From: Nitrospirota bacterium
GTDB taxonomy: Bacteria; Nitrospirota; UBA9217
Direction: 5' to 3'
Length of the DNA stretch: 64,000 bases
Assembly (NCBI GenBank): GCA_963754875.1
Contig: CAVWHO010000016.1
Location: 758 to 64,757 of the forward strand
Numbering within the stretch: position 1 is the first letter of the stretch; every line of letters begins with the position of its first letter. The position numbers and the translations under genes were made by a program. Under the pieces are notes generated by a model that did no database searches, had not been told where the DNA came from, and saw only the letters and a program-made list of their open reading frames with translations. This document shows, one piece after another, positions 31,515-42,419 of the stretch.

Positions 31515-32330
31515 TTACTGCTTCTTTTCCGTTTCCTTCATCCCTTTATCTCTGAAGCTGATGAGCGCGGCAACTGCCACGGCAATTGCGGTCACCACCG
31601 TAAGAGCCGCGGACTTGAACAGCCTGCGCTGCGGGACCACCGGGTTCAGCGGCTGGCCGTACACGATGGGGTCGTCCATGAACAGGTAGAAGACGTTCAG
31701 GCCGCCAGCTTCGTTGTACCCGTAGATGTTCGCTTTACTGTTGCCGATTGATCTCAACTGAGCCAGCCGGGCATCGGCTTTCTGCTTCAGTTCCACGACT
31801 TCGCCGAAGGAAATCGAGCCCGTGGGGCAGGCCTTTGCGCAGGCCGTGCCCAGACCGTTGTGGATGCGGTCGTTGCAGAGCGTGCATTTGTGCACCGTGC
31901 CCGTCTGTTCGCTGAAGGAGATCACGCCGTACGGGCATGACGGGATGCAGTACTTGCACCCGATGCAGACGTCCTGCTGAATGAACACGTTGCCCATGTC
32001 GGTCCTGACGATGGCCTTGACCGGGCAGGCGTTCAGGCACCCTGCGTCGTTGCAGTGCTTGCAGGAATCGCTCGAAAAGAACCAGTGCCCGTCAATGCGG
32101 TTCTCGTTGAACTGTTCGATGAAGCGGACGTGCCGCCAGTCCGTGGCCGAGAGATTTCCCGTGTTGTCATAGGAATTACCCGTGAAATTGAACGCCACAG
32201 GATAAGGCCGGTCAGGCACCTTGTGAAAATGTGCCGGTTCGCCCGGAAGCCCGTTCCATTCCTTGCATGCGACCTGGCAGGCCTTGCAGCCGGTGCAGAT
32301 CGAGGTGTCTACGAACATTCCCTTTGCCAT
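31515..32330 (-). CDS. fdnH: formate dehydrogenase iron-sulfur (beta) subunit with C-terminal TM helix
   Basis: CTGCKACQVAC, CKHC...CLNACP, CIGCKYCIPSCP, KCTLC...CAKACP. Confidence 0.92.
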   Translation of the reverse strand: MAKGMFVDTSICTGCKACQVACKEWNGLPGEPAHFHKVPDRPYPVAFNFTGNSYDNTGNLSATDWRHVRFIEQFNENRIDGHWFFSSDSCKHCNDAGCLNACPVKAIVRTDMGNVFIQQDVCIGCKYCIPSCPYGVISFSEQTGTVHKCTLCNDRIHNGLGTACAKACPTGSISFGEVVELKQKADARLAQLRSIGNSKANIYGYNEAGGLNVFYLFMDDPIVYGQPLNPVVPQRRLFKSAALTVVTAIAVAVAALISFRDKGMKETEKKQ

Positions 32331-35300
32331 TACGCAGCACCTCCTCTCTTGCCTGCCTGGATGTTGCAGGTGAATACCTTCCCTTCGTGGATCGTAACGT
32401 TCGGGTCGGCAACGAGCGGCGTAAGATTATTCACTACGTCTCCTTCGGCCCGGGCCTGCCAGCCCCAGTGCCAGGGAAGGCCGATTTCGTGCACCGTTTT
32501 CCCGTTCATGGTAAACGGCCGCATGCGCCTGGTCACGAGCGCTTTTGCCTGGATCTTGCCGCGCGCTGTCTCGATGGTCATGTACTCGGCGTTCTTGATG
32601 CCCTTCTCCGCGGCAAGCTCCGGAGAAATCTCACAGAAGAGCTCGGGCATCAGTTCCGCGAGCCACGGAAGCCAGCGGGTCATTACACCGGTCAGATGGT
32701 GCTCTGTCAGACGGTACGTGGATACGACGATAGGATACTTCGGGTCAGCTACCTCGTGATAAGGGTTGCCCGGGACCTTCCATGTCTTGGCCACCGGGTT
32801 CGACTGCTGTTTGTACAACTGGTTCTGGACAGGTGATTCATAAGGCTCGTAGTGCGCTGGCATCGGGCCGTCTACGAGGCCTGCAGGAGCAAAGAGCCAT
32901 GCCTTGCCGTCCGCGCGCATGATGAAGGGGTCGTTCCCTGAAAGCCAGTCAAACCCGATGCCGTTGTCTTTGCCGCGGAAGTGTGGGGCCTTGGTGGGCA
33001 GGAAGTCGATGCCTTCCCCTGCCGGAGAGACCCAGGAGCCATGGGTGATCTTGCCGCTCGGGTCTTTCACTTCCTTGTTCGGGTCCCAGTAGATAAGCTT
33101 CTTCTTCTCCGACCACGGCCTGCCCTGGAGATCGGCAGATGCCCGGTTGTACATGATGTGGCGGTTCGCGGGCCAGGCAAAACCCCAGTTCGGAGAGATC
33201 CAGTTGTCGCCCTGGCGGCTGCGCGCTTTGTTCACGCCTTCTTCGGGGATCACGCCGGTATAGATCCAGGCGCCACAGACAGTGGAACCGTCTTCCTTGA
33301 GAACTGCGAAGGTCGGAAGCGGCTTCTTGTCGTCCCACGTGTAACCGTTGATCTCCTTCAGGACCTTATAAGCAGAAGGCTCGTCCTTGATCCGGAAATT
33401 CGCAACCTCGGCCGGCTCGGGCTCGTACTCCCAATAGAGGTTCCTGATCGGCCAATCGTGATCTTTTGGGGAGTTCGCATACATCTTCTTGAGCTGTTTG
33501 CCCAGCTTGTACGTGAACCAGATGTCGCTCCTGGCGTCATCGGGCGGGTCCGCAGCCTTTTCGTGCTGCTGCAGCAGGCGCTGGGTATTCGTGAACGAGC
33601 CTTCCATCTCCGAGACCATGGCAGCAGGAAGGAAGAAGACCTCGGTCTTGATGTCCGACGGCTTCACCTCGCCCTCGGTGACCTCAGGCGAGTTTCTCCA
33701 GAAGGCAGCAGTCTCGGTCTCGAAAAAGTCGCGCACCACCATCCAGTCAAGCTTCGCCAGCGCCCTGCGCTGGTACCTCGCGTTCTGACCGCCCACGGCC
33801 GGGTTCTGGCCCATGACGAAGAAGCCCTTGATCTTTCCGTTCATCATGTCTACGAACATGGGCAGATGGGAATGATCGCCGGTGATCTTGGGATGGTAAT
33901 CGTAGCCGTAGTTGTTCTCTTTCGTGGCCGCATCTCCCCACTGGGCCTTGAAGTAGGAAACAGCGAACTTGGGGTAATTTCCCCAGTAGCTCGTTGCAAG
34001 CGGCACGGATTCGGTCAGAATAAAATCCTTGAACGTTTCGTGGTTCTTCCTGGCATCGGGCATGTTCAGATATCCCGGAAGGGAGTGGTACAGCGTTGCG
34101 ATGTCCGTCGATCCCTGGATCGTGGCATGGCCGCGAAGCGCGAGCACTCCTCCGCCGGGACGGCCGATGTTGCCCAAGAGCGCCTGCAGCATCGCGGCCG
34201 TGCGGATGATCTGGACACCGACCGTATGCTGGGTCCAGCCCACCGCGTAGACTATGTTCGACGTCTTGTCCCTGCCGGAGTTATTGAGCAGCGTCTCAGC
34301 GACCTGAAGGAACTTCTCCTTGGGACAGCCGCAGATTTTCTCTACCATCTCGGGTGTGTATCGTTTGTAATGCCTCTTCACTATCTGGAACACGGTATGC
34401 GGATTCTTGAGCGTAGGATCGGTCTTTGGCCTTCCGGGCACGCGCTGCAGGAGAAGATCGGTGAAGGTCTTTGCCTCGGAAACGGCAGGCGCAGGCTTTG
34501 GCCCGCGCTGGTACGACCACGTCTCGTTGGAGTAGGCCTTGCCGTCAGCGGAAAGGCCGGAGAACACTCCGTTCAGGTCCTCCGTGTCCTTGAAATCGGG
34601 ATTCACGAGCGTTGCCGCGTTCGTATAATTCGCCACGTATTCCTTGAAGAACGGGTCCGTGTTCCAGCGTTTGCTGTTGATTACGTGATTGATAATTCCA
34701 CCGAGGAACGTGATGTCCGTGCCTGCACGGATGGGCGCGTGAATATCGCACAAGGCCGAGGTGCGGGTAAAGCGCGGGTCAACATGCATCAAGACAGCTC
34801 CGTGGTCGGTTTTCGCTTTGAGCGGCCAGCGGAATGCCACAGGATGGCACTCGGCCATGTTCGAACCCATGATCATGACTGCATCGGAGTTGACAAGATC
34901 GCGCGGGAATGTTGTTGAACCACCGCGACCGAAGGAGACCCCCAGACCGGGGACCGTGGAAGAGTGTCATATCCGCGCTTGATTTTCGAGGTAGACCACG
35001 CCCAGGGCGTGGAAAAGTTTCTGGTGAACGTAGTTCCATTCGTTGTCCATGGTCGCGCCGCCGAGAGAAGCAAGCGCGTACGTGTTCATCACGCGCTTCT
35101 TGACGGTCCCGCCCTTCCCGTCGGGCATGTCCTGGTACTCGTTGAAGTTGTCATCGCGCATTTTTTTCGTGAGCTCGGCGATCCGGTCCATGGCCCAGTC
35201 GAGGGGCTTATCTTCCCAATGGTCGCTGCCCGGCGCCCGGTACTTGACCTTGGTCCAGCGCAGATCGTTGTTTACGAACTGGTACGTGGCCGCTCCCTTG

Positions 35301-35572
35301 GGACAGAGCGTCCCCTGGTTGATCGGGGAATCGGGATTGCCCTGGATGTCGATGATCTTGCCCTTGTCATCGACCGTCACGATCTGGGCGCAGCCCACGG
35401 AACAGTAAGGGCAGAGGCTCGGGACCTGTTTTCCCGACTTGATGGGGACCTTTTGGGCCTGCATCTTCGCGGCGATCGTGTCGGCGCCCAGGCCCACGGC
35501 TTCGGCGGCAACCGTGGCGCCGATGGCCCCTGATGATATTTTCAAGAACTGTCTTCTCGTAACTTCCTTCAT
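32330..35572 (-). CDS. fdnG: selenocysteine-containing Mo/W formate dehydrogenase alpha subunit (1080 aa, Tat-exported)
   Basis: TRRQFLK Tat motif, CPYCSVGC; ENQARI-UGA-HSSTVPGLG with in-frame TGA at 34967-34969 joining two ORFs in the same frame; LRGHATIQG. Confidence 0.95.
34937..34969 (-). promoter_or_regulatory. Sec UGA codon and bacterial SECIS hairpin
   Basis: UGA-CACUCUUCCAC-GGUCCCC-GGUCU-GGGG: hairpin starting about 11 nt after UGA with apical GU, as in E. coli fdhF/fdnG. Confidence 0.85.
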
Positions 35573-35827
35573 GAGTATCGCGGCTCCTTTCCCAAGCTGG
35601 CTTCATCCCTATATTTTGAATAATTTTCAAAAATTTGCTGTATGCAAAAAAGATAGCGCGCAGAAAGTATGATGTCAAATTGAGCAGCAGTTTTTTGACA
35701 CGAAAGGCTTACGAATGAGACGGGAAATGCTCTTTGTTGCGGAATTGTTTGGCCTATACTTTTACGAAGGCAGTGATTCGTCTCTCCTTTTTCCCTCAGA
35801 ACTTCCTTTCAAAAGCTAAAAGCCGTC

Positions 35828-36126
35828 TCGCGCAAAGGCGCCAAGCTCGCAAAAAAAAGCCAGGTCATTTATATTTTAGAACCATGACGTAACGGTTTTC
35901 TTTGCGTTCTTTGCGTCTTTGCGCGAAATGATTCTGATTTTGTCCTTGGGAAATGAAGCAAGGAAATATCTATAAATGATGATGCATTCGTAAAAAGTCG
36001 TCATTCCCGCTTGCCTGCGGCCAGCGTTTACGAGTGTATGGCGGCGAGTGCAGGCTGTCGGGAATCGTAGTGCGTTACAACGTACTGAAAAAGAACGATT
36101 CCGGATTCCGGACAAGCCGGAATGAC
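35828..36126. repeat. inverted 9-mer cassette plus GTCATTCC...GGAATGAC element
   Basis: cgcgcaaaggcgccaag / tttgcgtctttgcgcg; gtcattcccg ... ccggacaagccggaatgac. Confidence 0.7.
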
Positions 36127-36160
36127 ATCAAAGAGAGGGGCTCGACTTTTTACGAAATCG

Positions 36161-37207
36161 TCATAAATAGAGGACAGCAAAAAAGAGGGCCATCAGGCCC
36201 AGCCCGAAAGGTACGCCGATCGCGGCCCACGCCCTGCTCGATATGCGCAGTTTGTTCGCCGCGATAATGTTAGGAATGTTGCCCGGAACCAGCATGCCGC
36301 CGGAAATGATAAGACCCATGATTATACCTTTCACCTGTGCAGTGGACATTGATGGTCCCAGCTCCGCAGCAGCAAGAGTGGCGTTGTCGAGGATTGCCGA
36401 CATGATGTTGGCCCAGTAAAGCGCCGGGGCAGGCATGTGCAGGATATACCGATCGACCAGCGGCTTAAAGCCCGCGCCGAGCAGTATCAGCGCCATGACG
36501 AACACATAGACCTTGAATGCCCGCAGCGCTATATGTTTGAAGGGCTCGACAAAATCTTCGGTGAGACTCTCGGAGCGCGCGACCTGCTTACCCCGGGAAA
36601 GACCTCCGACCAGGGAGATAACGACGAGCCCCGGTAGTATGTAGGCCCCGAAGACACGCAACAGCATCAAGAAATCGTTGTCGAACGCCCCGCCCCTGAG
36701 CTTGGCAGCGGCTATCGTGGACAAGGGCTCGCCGATCGGGGTCAGGGCCGCGCCCATGCCGATCGAGAAGCAGGCAAAGACGACGAGGCGCGTTTCATAT
36801 TTTTTGTCGAGGCTGATGGCGCTCACGACCTCGCACAGGACCAGCGCGGCGATGATCGCGGTGATCACGCTCGAAAGCAGTCCCAGGGAAAAAATAAGCA
36901 AAAAGGCGAAGGTCCGCGGCCCGAGCGCATTTTCGATTGCAACGATTTTCTTCCTCAACGGCTCGCGCAACGCCCGGAACGCGAGCCCGAAAACGAGTGT
37001 GGCAATGGTCAGCTTTACAGGTTCGAGAAATGCCGACTCAGCAAGCCGCATGGTCAGAAGCGGCTCCGGCCCCATCAGGTGAGAGAGCACCAGCGTACCA
37101 GAACCGACAACGAGCAGGAACAGTTCGAGGTTATGCTCGACTTTCTTCACGAGCAGGGGGAAGAGCAGAATCAGTATAAAGATGAATATGAGAACGTAGA
37201 TGATCAT
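36161..37207 (-). CDS. DUF1646-family membrane protein (ion-transporter-like)
   Basis: VEHNLELFL, GAALTPIGEPLSTI, SAILDNATLAAAE, GGMLVPGNIPNII. Confidence 0.85.
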   Translation of the reverse strand: MIIYVLIFIFILILLFPLLVKKVEHNLELFLLVVGSGTLVLSHLMGPEPLLTMRLAESAFLEPVKLTIATLVFGLAFRALREPLRKKIVAIENALGPRTFAFLLIFSLGLLSSVITAIIAALVLCEVVSAISLDKKYETRLVVFACFSIGMGAALTPIGEPLSTIAAAKLRGGAFDNDFLMLLRVFGAYILPGLVVISLVGGLSRGKQVARSESLTEDFVEPFKHIALRAFKVYVFVMALILLGAGFKPLVDRYILHMPAPALYWANIMSAILDNATLAAAELGPSMSTAQVKGIIMGLIISGGMLVPGNIPNIIAANKLRISSRAWAAIGVPFGLGLMALFFAVLYL

Positions 37208-37235
37208 CGTGAGAGTCCTTGTGCACGTACCAGCT

Positions 37236-37370
37236 AGTGCTGAGGGCTGGAGAAAAACAAGGACTGAGGTCAAAGTGCTGAGGACTGAGTAAAGGCGCAC
37301 TGCTCAGTTTTTCACTCAGTCCTCGTCTCTCATGCCTCAGTCCTCAGTCCTGCTTTTGGTTTTACTCAGC
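37236..37370. repeat. inverted AGGACTG/CAGTCCT heptamer cassette
   Basis: Arms shared with 27443-27476 and 21675-21700. Confidence 0.8.
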
Positions 37371-39858
37371 CCTGCATCACCGAACTAAGCACCTTCCGCA
37401 GCCCGTCGAAGCTGTACGGCTTTTGGAGGAAGGCCTTGAAGCCGTGGGCTGTATAGTTCGAAACCAAGGCATCGTCTGAATACCCGCTCGAAACGACTGC
37501 GACCACCGCAGGGTCGATTTCCCTCAATCTTCTCATCGCTTCTTCGCCGTTCATCCCGCCGCCGCGGACCGTCGCATCCAGAATGACCACGGAAAACGGC
37601 GAGCCCGCTGCCTGAGCCGCACAATATTGTTCAATAGCAGACTCGCCATCGTACGCGAAAACCACCTCCTGTCCGAGCGCTTTCAGCATCTCGCCCACCG
37701 AATCGCGCACGACCTCTTCATCGTCCATGACCAGGACCCGGCCGCTTTGGATCGTGACGGCGGTTTCCGTTTGCTCGGATACAGGCACTGCCGAGTCGCT
37801 GGCCGGCAGCCAGATGGTGAAGCAGCTTCCCTGGTCCACGACGGACGTTACTTCGATCATCCCGCCGTGGTTCTTGACGATCGAGTACGACGTTGCCAGA
37901 CCCAGGCCGCTCCCGGTCTTTTTGGTCGAGAAATACGGTTCGAAGATCCGCTGGACATGTTCCTCCGGGATGCCGATGCCGGTGTCCTTGATTTCAATCT
38001 TGACCCATCTGCCGGGTCCGGGGACGCCCGACGGGGTCGCACCCCGGTCGAAATTCTGCGCCGAGATCGTCACGAACCCGCCCGAGGGCATGGCCTGGTC
38101 GGCATTGAGTACTATGTTCTGGATTACCTGGCCGATCTGGCCCTCGTCCGCCTCAACGGGCCAGAGGTCGTCGGCAAGTGCAAAGCGGCAGTCGGACCGC
38201 GAACCGCTCAGGGCAAAGCGGGTCGCGTTCTCCATGACGGGCCCCAGGGACATCGTTCTTTTCACGGGCTGCCCGCCCTTGGAAAACGTCAAAAGCTGGC
38301 TCGTGAGGTTCACGGACATCTGGAGCGCTTTCTCCGCCTTGTCGAGCATAAGGACGGCCTTGTCACGCTGGTCTATCTTGAGCTTGGCCACGGTGAGAAA
38401 GCCGAAGACGCCCTGCAAAAGGTTGTTAAAATCGTGGGCGATGCCTCCTGCCAGCACGCCGATCGCCTCGAGCTTCTGGGCCCGAAGCAGCTCGGCTTCC
38501 GCGCGTTTCCTCTCGGAGATGTCCCGGGACACGGCAATGACCACGCTGCGGCCTCCGTACATAGCCGGCATGAGGCGTACTTCCTGGGGGAAGGCGGTAC
38601 TGTCGGATCGCACGCCCCAGAAGTCGATCATTTGGGGTTCGCCGTCATATGCCCGCCGGATTGCTGCGGCCACTGCGGCGCGGTCAAACATTCCCGGCAC
38701 GGAAAGCTGCTCCGCCGTTTTGTTCAGGAAAAATTCGCGCGAATACCCGTACATGTCCTCGGCCCCCTTGTTCACGTCCAGGAAGCGTCCCTTCTCGTCC
38801 TGGATGCAAATGGCGTCGGTTATGCTGTTGAACAGGTTGCGGTAACTTGCTTCGGACTCGCGCAGACGCTCTTCCGCCTGTTTTCGTTCAGTAATGTCGT
38901 GAATGATGGAAAACAACAGGACCCTCTCTTCCGTCTGGATGGGAGAAGTATGGACCTCGACGGCGCGTATTTCTCCGTTTGAGAGGCGATGGGGGAAGGT
39001 GAAATAGTTGCAGTCCTCATGCAGGGCTTGAAGCCGTATCGAACGCACCTCTTCCGCAGACAACGTGTTGATGTCCTGGATGCGCATGCGTTTGAGCTGT
39101 TCGGAGGAATATCCGTAAAAGCGCTCGGCTGCCGCATTGGCATCGACGATTTCTCCGGTATCCGGATCGATGAGCAGCATGACGGCATTGTGTTTCTGGA
39201 ACATCAGGCGGAAACGTTCCGCACTCTTTTGTACTTCTTCGAGGAGCTTCACGTTTTCAAAACGAAGCGAGATGGACGAGGTGATGGTCCGGTGGTGGTT
39301 GAACGAATACGAGGTAAGGGTCATCAGGTAAATGATGATCAGAACACCGATGGTATATTCGATTTCTCCGCCTTCGATGAAGCAGCGGATGGCGTAGAAC
39401 AGCAGGGCCGGGGCCATCCATGCCGTAGGGCCCAACCGCAGGGAGGAATGGGACACTGTCGTGGCCGCGGACAAACTGGCAATCACCAGGACGAATAGGG
39501 AGATGAGCCCGACGTTGTGCGCAGGGAAAATGATGAAGGAGGAGAGTCCCCAGATAACGCCCGACACCAGGGCGAGGAGGATATAGACGTTTTTCCAGTA
39601 TCCACCGTCAAAGGGATGTTCCCGCACCCTGGCGTATCGGAAATAAAACACGATCCTGCTCAGGACGATCGCCAGGACCATCCCTATCCATACGACGATG
39701 TGCGTTCGGGGGACCGCGGCGCGCGCTGCATAAGCGAGGACGAGGGCCACGACGAAGGAGGCAAGCTGCATCGTCGGGAGGTCCCTGAGTGCGAGGTTGA
39801 CCTGCTCGCGTACAATGCCGACCTGAAAGTCCTTCCCTGGTTCGGTTTTCTTATGCAT
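37366..39858 (-). CDS. hybrid histidine kinase (multi-TM sensor, 2 PAS, HisKA, HATPase, REC)
   Basis: N-terminal TM bundle; GGIAHDFNNLL; GSGLGLAT; VLVMDDE...LQKPY. Confidence 0.93.
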   Translation of the reverse strand: MHKKTEPGKDFQVGIVREQVNLALRDLPTMQLASFVVALVLAYAARAAVPRTHIVVWIGMVLAIVLSRIVFYFRYARVREHPFDGGYWKNVYILLALVSGVIWGLSSFIIFPAHNVGLISLFVLVIASLSAATTVSHSSLRLGPTAWMAPALLFYAIRCFIEGGEIEYTIGVLIIIYLMTLTSYSFNHHRTITSSISLRFENVKLLEEVQKSAERFRLMFQKHNAVMLLIDPDTGEIVDANAAAERFYGYSSEQLKRMRIQDINTLSAEEVRSIRLQALHEDCNYFTFPHRLSNGEIRAVEVHTSPIQTEERVLLFSIIHDITERKQAEERLRESEASYRNLFNSITDAICIQDEKGRFLDVNKGAEDMYGYSREFFLNKTAEQLSVPGMFDRAAVAAAIRRAYDGEPQMIDFWGVRSDSTAFPQEVRLMPAMYGGRSVVIAVSRDISERKRAEAELLRAQKLEAIGVLAGGIAHDFNNLLQGVFGFLTVAKLKIDQRDKAVLMLDKAEKALQMSVNLTSQLLTFSKGGQPVKRTMSLGPVMENATRFALSGSRSDCRFALADDLWPVEADEGQIGQVIQNIVLNADQAMPSGGFVTISAQNFDRGATPSGVPGPGRWVKIEIKDTGIGIPEEHVQRIFEPYFSTKKTGSGLGLATSYSIVKNHGGMIEVTSVVDQGSCFTIWLPASDSAVPVSEQTETAVTIQSGRVLVMDDEEVVRDSVGEMLKALGQEVVFAYDGESAIEQYCAAQAAGSPFSVVILDATVRGGGMNGEEAMRRLREIDPAVVAVVSSGYSDDALVSNYTAHGFKAFLQKPYSFDGLRKVLSSVMQG

Positions 39859-40039
39859 ACGGAGCTCCCTGCTGGTTCTCGGTCAATGCGTTTTTTTATA
39901 ATACCATATAAGCTTTGCGAGGTCTTTATTTTTTTAGCGGATCAAGAAATACAAAGGAGCTTGGTAGGGAAGAGTTGAGAGACGGGGGGGATAGGAGCGG
40001 GCCTGACATGTTTCTCGGGCGGGGATCCCGCCCAGACAC

Positions 40040-40076
40040 AAAAAAGGGCCGGCAAGCAATTGGGACATGCCGGCCC
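40040..40076 (-). terminator. intrinsic terminator downstream of norB
   Basis: gggccggca...tgccggccc followed by T6 on the minus strand. Confidence 0.75.
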
Positions 40077-40084
40077 AGGAGTTA

Positions 40085-40197
40085 GACAGCGACATCTCAA
40101 ACCGCCCCGTATCCGCGTTGCTGTCCCTGCAACCGGGCGGCGACGCCTTTGGATGAACTAGGATGGACCGAACCCGAGATGAGCGTCGCGTCCATCC
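40085..40197. ncRNA. candidate structured RNA with interleaved helices
   Basis: Five complementary segment pairs of 6-9 bp in 113 nt (see findings); no family recognised. Confidence 0.35.
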
Positions 40198-40216
40198 CGG
40201 TATGCCATCAATCAGC

Positions 40217-41536
40217 TTAAGCTTTCACCTTAGCAAGTTTGAAGAAATCGATGAGAAATATCACGACACCTGCGGCAAACCCCCATGCCGAAACCCAGAA
40301 CACGGCATACCATAATCTCATATACCCCTGGGTTGTAAGGAAATCCATGCCTAGAACTCTCTGGAAATAAACCTGCACGATGCCTGCAATAGCAAGGGAC
40401 AAGGCCATAAGCCCCATGAAGGAGCACATGAACCAGAAGGCCTTGATACCGAGCGACTGTTTGAAATTGGGCAAACCCTTCAACTGCGGCATTGCGAAAT
40501 AGAACATCGTGAGGTTCAGCATGGCATAAGCGCCGAAGAACGCGAAATGGCCGTGAGATGCTGTTATCTGGGTACCGTGAGTCCACTTGTTGATCTGCGG
40601 CAGTGTATGTGCGAAACCCCACACCCCGGCACCGAAGAAATGCATGACAGCACAGCCGACTGCCCAAGAGAGGGCCACCCTGTTCGTAATCTCGGACTTT
40701 CGCTCCCGCACAACGCGAAGGGTATCAAATACCATGAAGAGGATCGGCAGTGGTTCAAGGGCGCTGAAGATGCCCCCCCACCAGAACCAGTAGTTCGGCG
40801 TTCCAATCCAGTAGTAATGATGTCCTGTGCCCACAATACCGGTGAACAAGACAAAGCCGACTTCGATGTAGAGCCACTTCTCCACCAGTTCCCGGTCAAC
40901 GCCGGTGAGTTTCATAAGCATGAAGGCCATGATCGCGCCGGTAATAAGCTCCCAGGCACCTTCCACCCAAAGGTGGATCACCCACCACCACCAGAAGTAC
41001 TGGTCCGAAAGGTTCTTCATGAAGAATACGCCGAAGAGAAACATTCCTGCAAGCATGACCAGTCCGCCCAAAAGCACGCCCTGGATCACGGTCCACTTCT
41101 TGGTCTTCAGCATGGTCATGAAAATATTAAAGAGGAAAATCAGTGCCACGACGACTATCCCGAACTTCAGTACCGTGGGCTGCTCCAGAAACGGCATGCC
41201 CCATGTCCAGCCAAGAAGATAACCCACGATTGCCGTGACGCCGATGAGCGCAAACAGCACAAGCTGGAAATTCGCAAGTTTTTTACTGTAGAGCTCGGTC
41301 TGCGCCTCTTCGGGAATTATGTAGTACGTACCGCCCATAAATCCGAACAGAAGCCAGACCACGAGCAAGTTGATATGTATTGCCCGCGAGGTGTTAAATG
41401 GAACGATGCTGATGAGCGGGTCAAAATCCCACACGTACTTGGCGCCCGTGATCAGACCGAAAACGATCTGGAGCCCGAACAGGACCGCCGCAATCATGAA
41501 GTAATTCATTGCGATCTTCTGTGATTCGTATTTCAT
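40217..41536 (-). CDS. norB: cytochrome c-dependent nitric oxide reductase large subunit
   Basis: RAIHINLLVVWL, VIHLWVEGAWE, GTGHHYYW, SALEPLP, HGHFAFFGAY. Confidence 0.96.
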   Translation of the reverse strand: MKYESQKIAMNYFMIAAVLFGLQIVFGLITGAKYVWDFDPLISIVPFNTSRAIHINLLVVWLLFGFMGGTYYIIPEEAQTELYSKKLANFQLVLFALIGVTAIVGYLLGWTWGMPFLEQPTVLKFGIVVVALIFLFNIFMTMLKTKKWTVIQGVLLGGLVMLAGMFLFGVFFMKNLSDQYFWWWWVIHLWVEGAWELITGAIMAFMLMKLTGVDRELVEKWLYIEVGFVLFTGIVGTGHHYYWIGTPNYWFWWGGIFSALEPLPILFMVFDTLRVVRERKSEITNRVALSWAVGCAVMHFFGAGVWGFAHTLPQINKWTHGTQITASHGHFAFFGAYAMLNLTMFYFAMPQLKGLPNFKQSLGIKAFWFMCSFMGLMALSLAIAGIVQVYFQRVLGMDFLTTQGYMRLWYAVFWVSAWGFAAGVVIFLIDFFKLAKVKA

Positions 41537-41547
41537 CTCATCCCTCC

Positions 41548-42219
41548 CTATCGAAGCCCCGCGAGATAGCTCGCAAGGTCGTCAAGATCTTTCGGGGCAA
41601 GCTTTGCAAAGCCCGGCATGATGGATTTTGCATTATGCGATTTCGGGTCCCTGAGTTGGGCCTCGATCCATGCCTTGTCTCTCCTGCTGCCGACCTTAGT
41701 GAGGTCCGGCCCTACGGCACCGCCGACACCGTCCAGCAGGTGGCATGCGGAACATCCCTGGGCCTTGTAGACCGCTTCGCCCGGACTGCCGGAGGTCACT
41801 GCCGTGGCCAGGAGGGGTTTCGGAGGCCAGTTGTTCGTATCGATGCCGTTCACCCAGGTGAGGAAAGCGACCACATCAACGACCTCCTGGTCCTGAAGAT
41901 GAAGGTTCGGCATCTTCCTGGCATTCGGCCATACTTTCTCAGGGTCTTTCAGAAATCTGGTGACCCACTCGGCGTCGCGAGAGCTCATAACTTTCGTAAC
42001 ATCAGGAGCATAATAGCCTCCGATGCCGAGAATCGTGTGACAGTCATTGCAGTTATATTTCTGCCAGACCCACTTGCCCGCGACGACGTGAGCATCCAGC
42101 TTCTCCTCCTGCGTTCTCTTCGGCATTTGCACCAAAGAGTCGTAGGTGAGGGCCAAAAATATCACGGCCGAGATCACGGTACCCCAGATAAAGACTGCTT
42201 TTGCCTGCGACAGAGTCAT
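41548..42219 (-). CDS. norC: NO reductase cytochrome c subunit with a second c-heme domain
   Basis: N-terminal TM; CNDCHTILGIGGYYAPD; second CSACH...VGPDL...IMP. Confidence 0.92.
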   Translation of the reverse strand: MTLSQAKAVFIWGTVISAVIFLALTYDSLVQMPKRTQEEKLDAHVVAGKWVWQKYNCNDCHTILGIGGYYAPDVTKVMSSRDAEWVTRFLKDPEKVWPNARKMPNLHLQDQEVVDVVAFLTWVNGIDTNNWPPKPLLATAVTSGSPGEAVYKAQGCSACHLLDGVGGAVGPDLTKVGSRRDKAWIEAQLRDPKSHNAKSIMPGFAKLAPKDLDDLASYLAGLR

Positions 42220-42265
42220 GACTCCTCCTTTCGACTAAAGGAATTTAATCCCCTTTTTCGCTCCC

Positions 42266-42419
42266 TGTTATAGCCCGGATAGGTATCTATTCGCATCCTG
42301 GCAATTACTGGTCCCGCATTTTGCCCCGACCGACTACCGTGGACTTTTCGTCAGCGTTAAGTTCGAACACGTGAGGGCAAACCTCGGCACAATGATCGCA
42401 ACCGATGGAATGCCGCCAT
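42266..42419 (-). pseudogene. decayed single-cluster ferredoxin
   Basis: Reads SIGCDHCAEVCPHVFELNADEKSTVV..CGTSNCQDA.IDTYP across frameshifts; first and last Cys replaced, ATG out of frame. Confidence 0.7.

Noticed and set aside
32981-34918. 645-aa plus-strand ORF (also 30188-31354, 37627-38982, 40547-41524)
   Set aside because: Antisense shadows of well-supported genes in high-GC codon usage, with no domain motifs
34967-34969. Nonsense mutation inactivating FDH
   Set aside because: Position matches the catalytic Sec and a SECIS follows
37208-37300. Signal-peptide-like N-terminal extension of the DUF1646 protein
   Set aside because: It is the translation of the heptamer cassette; ATG 37207 is the likelier start
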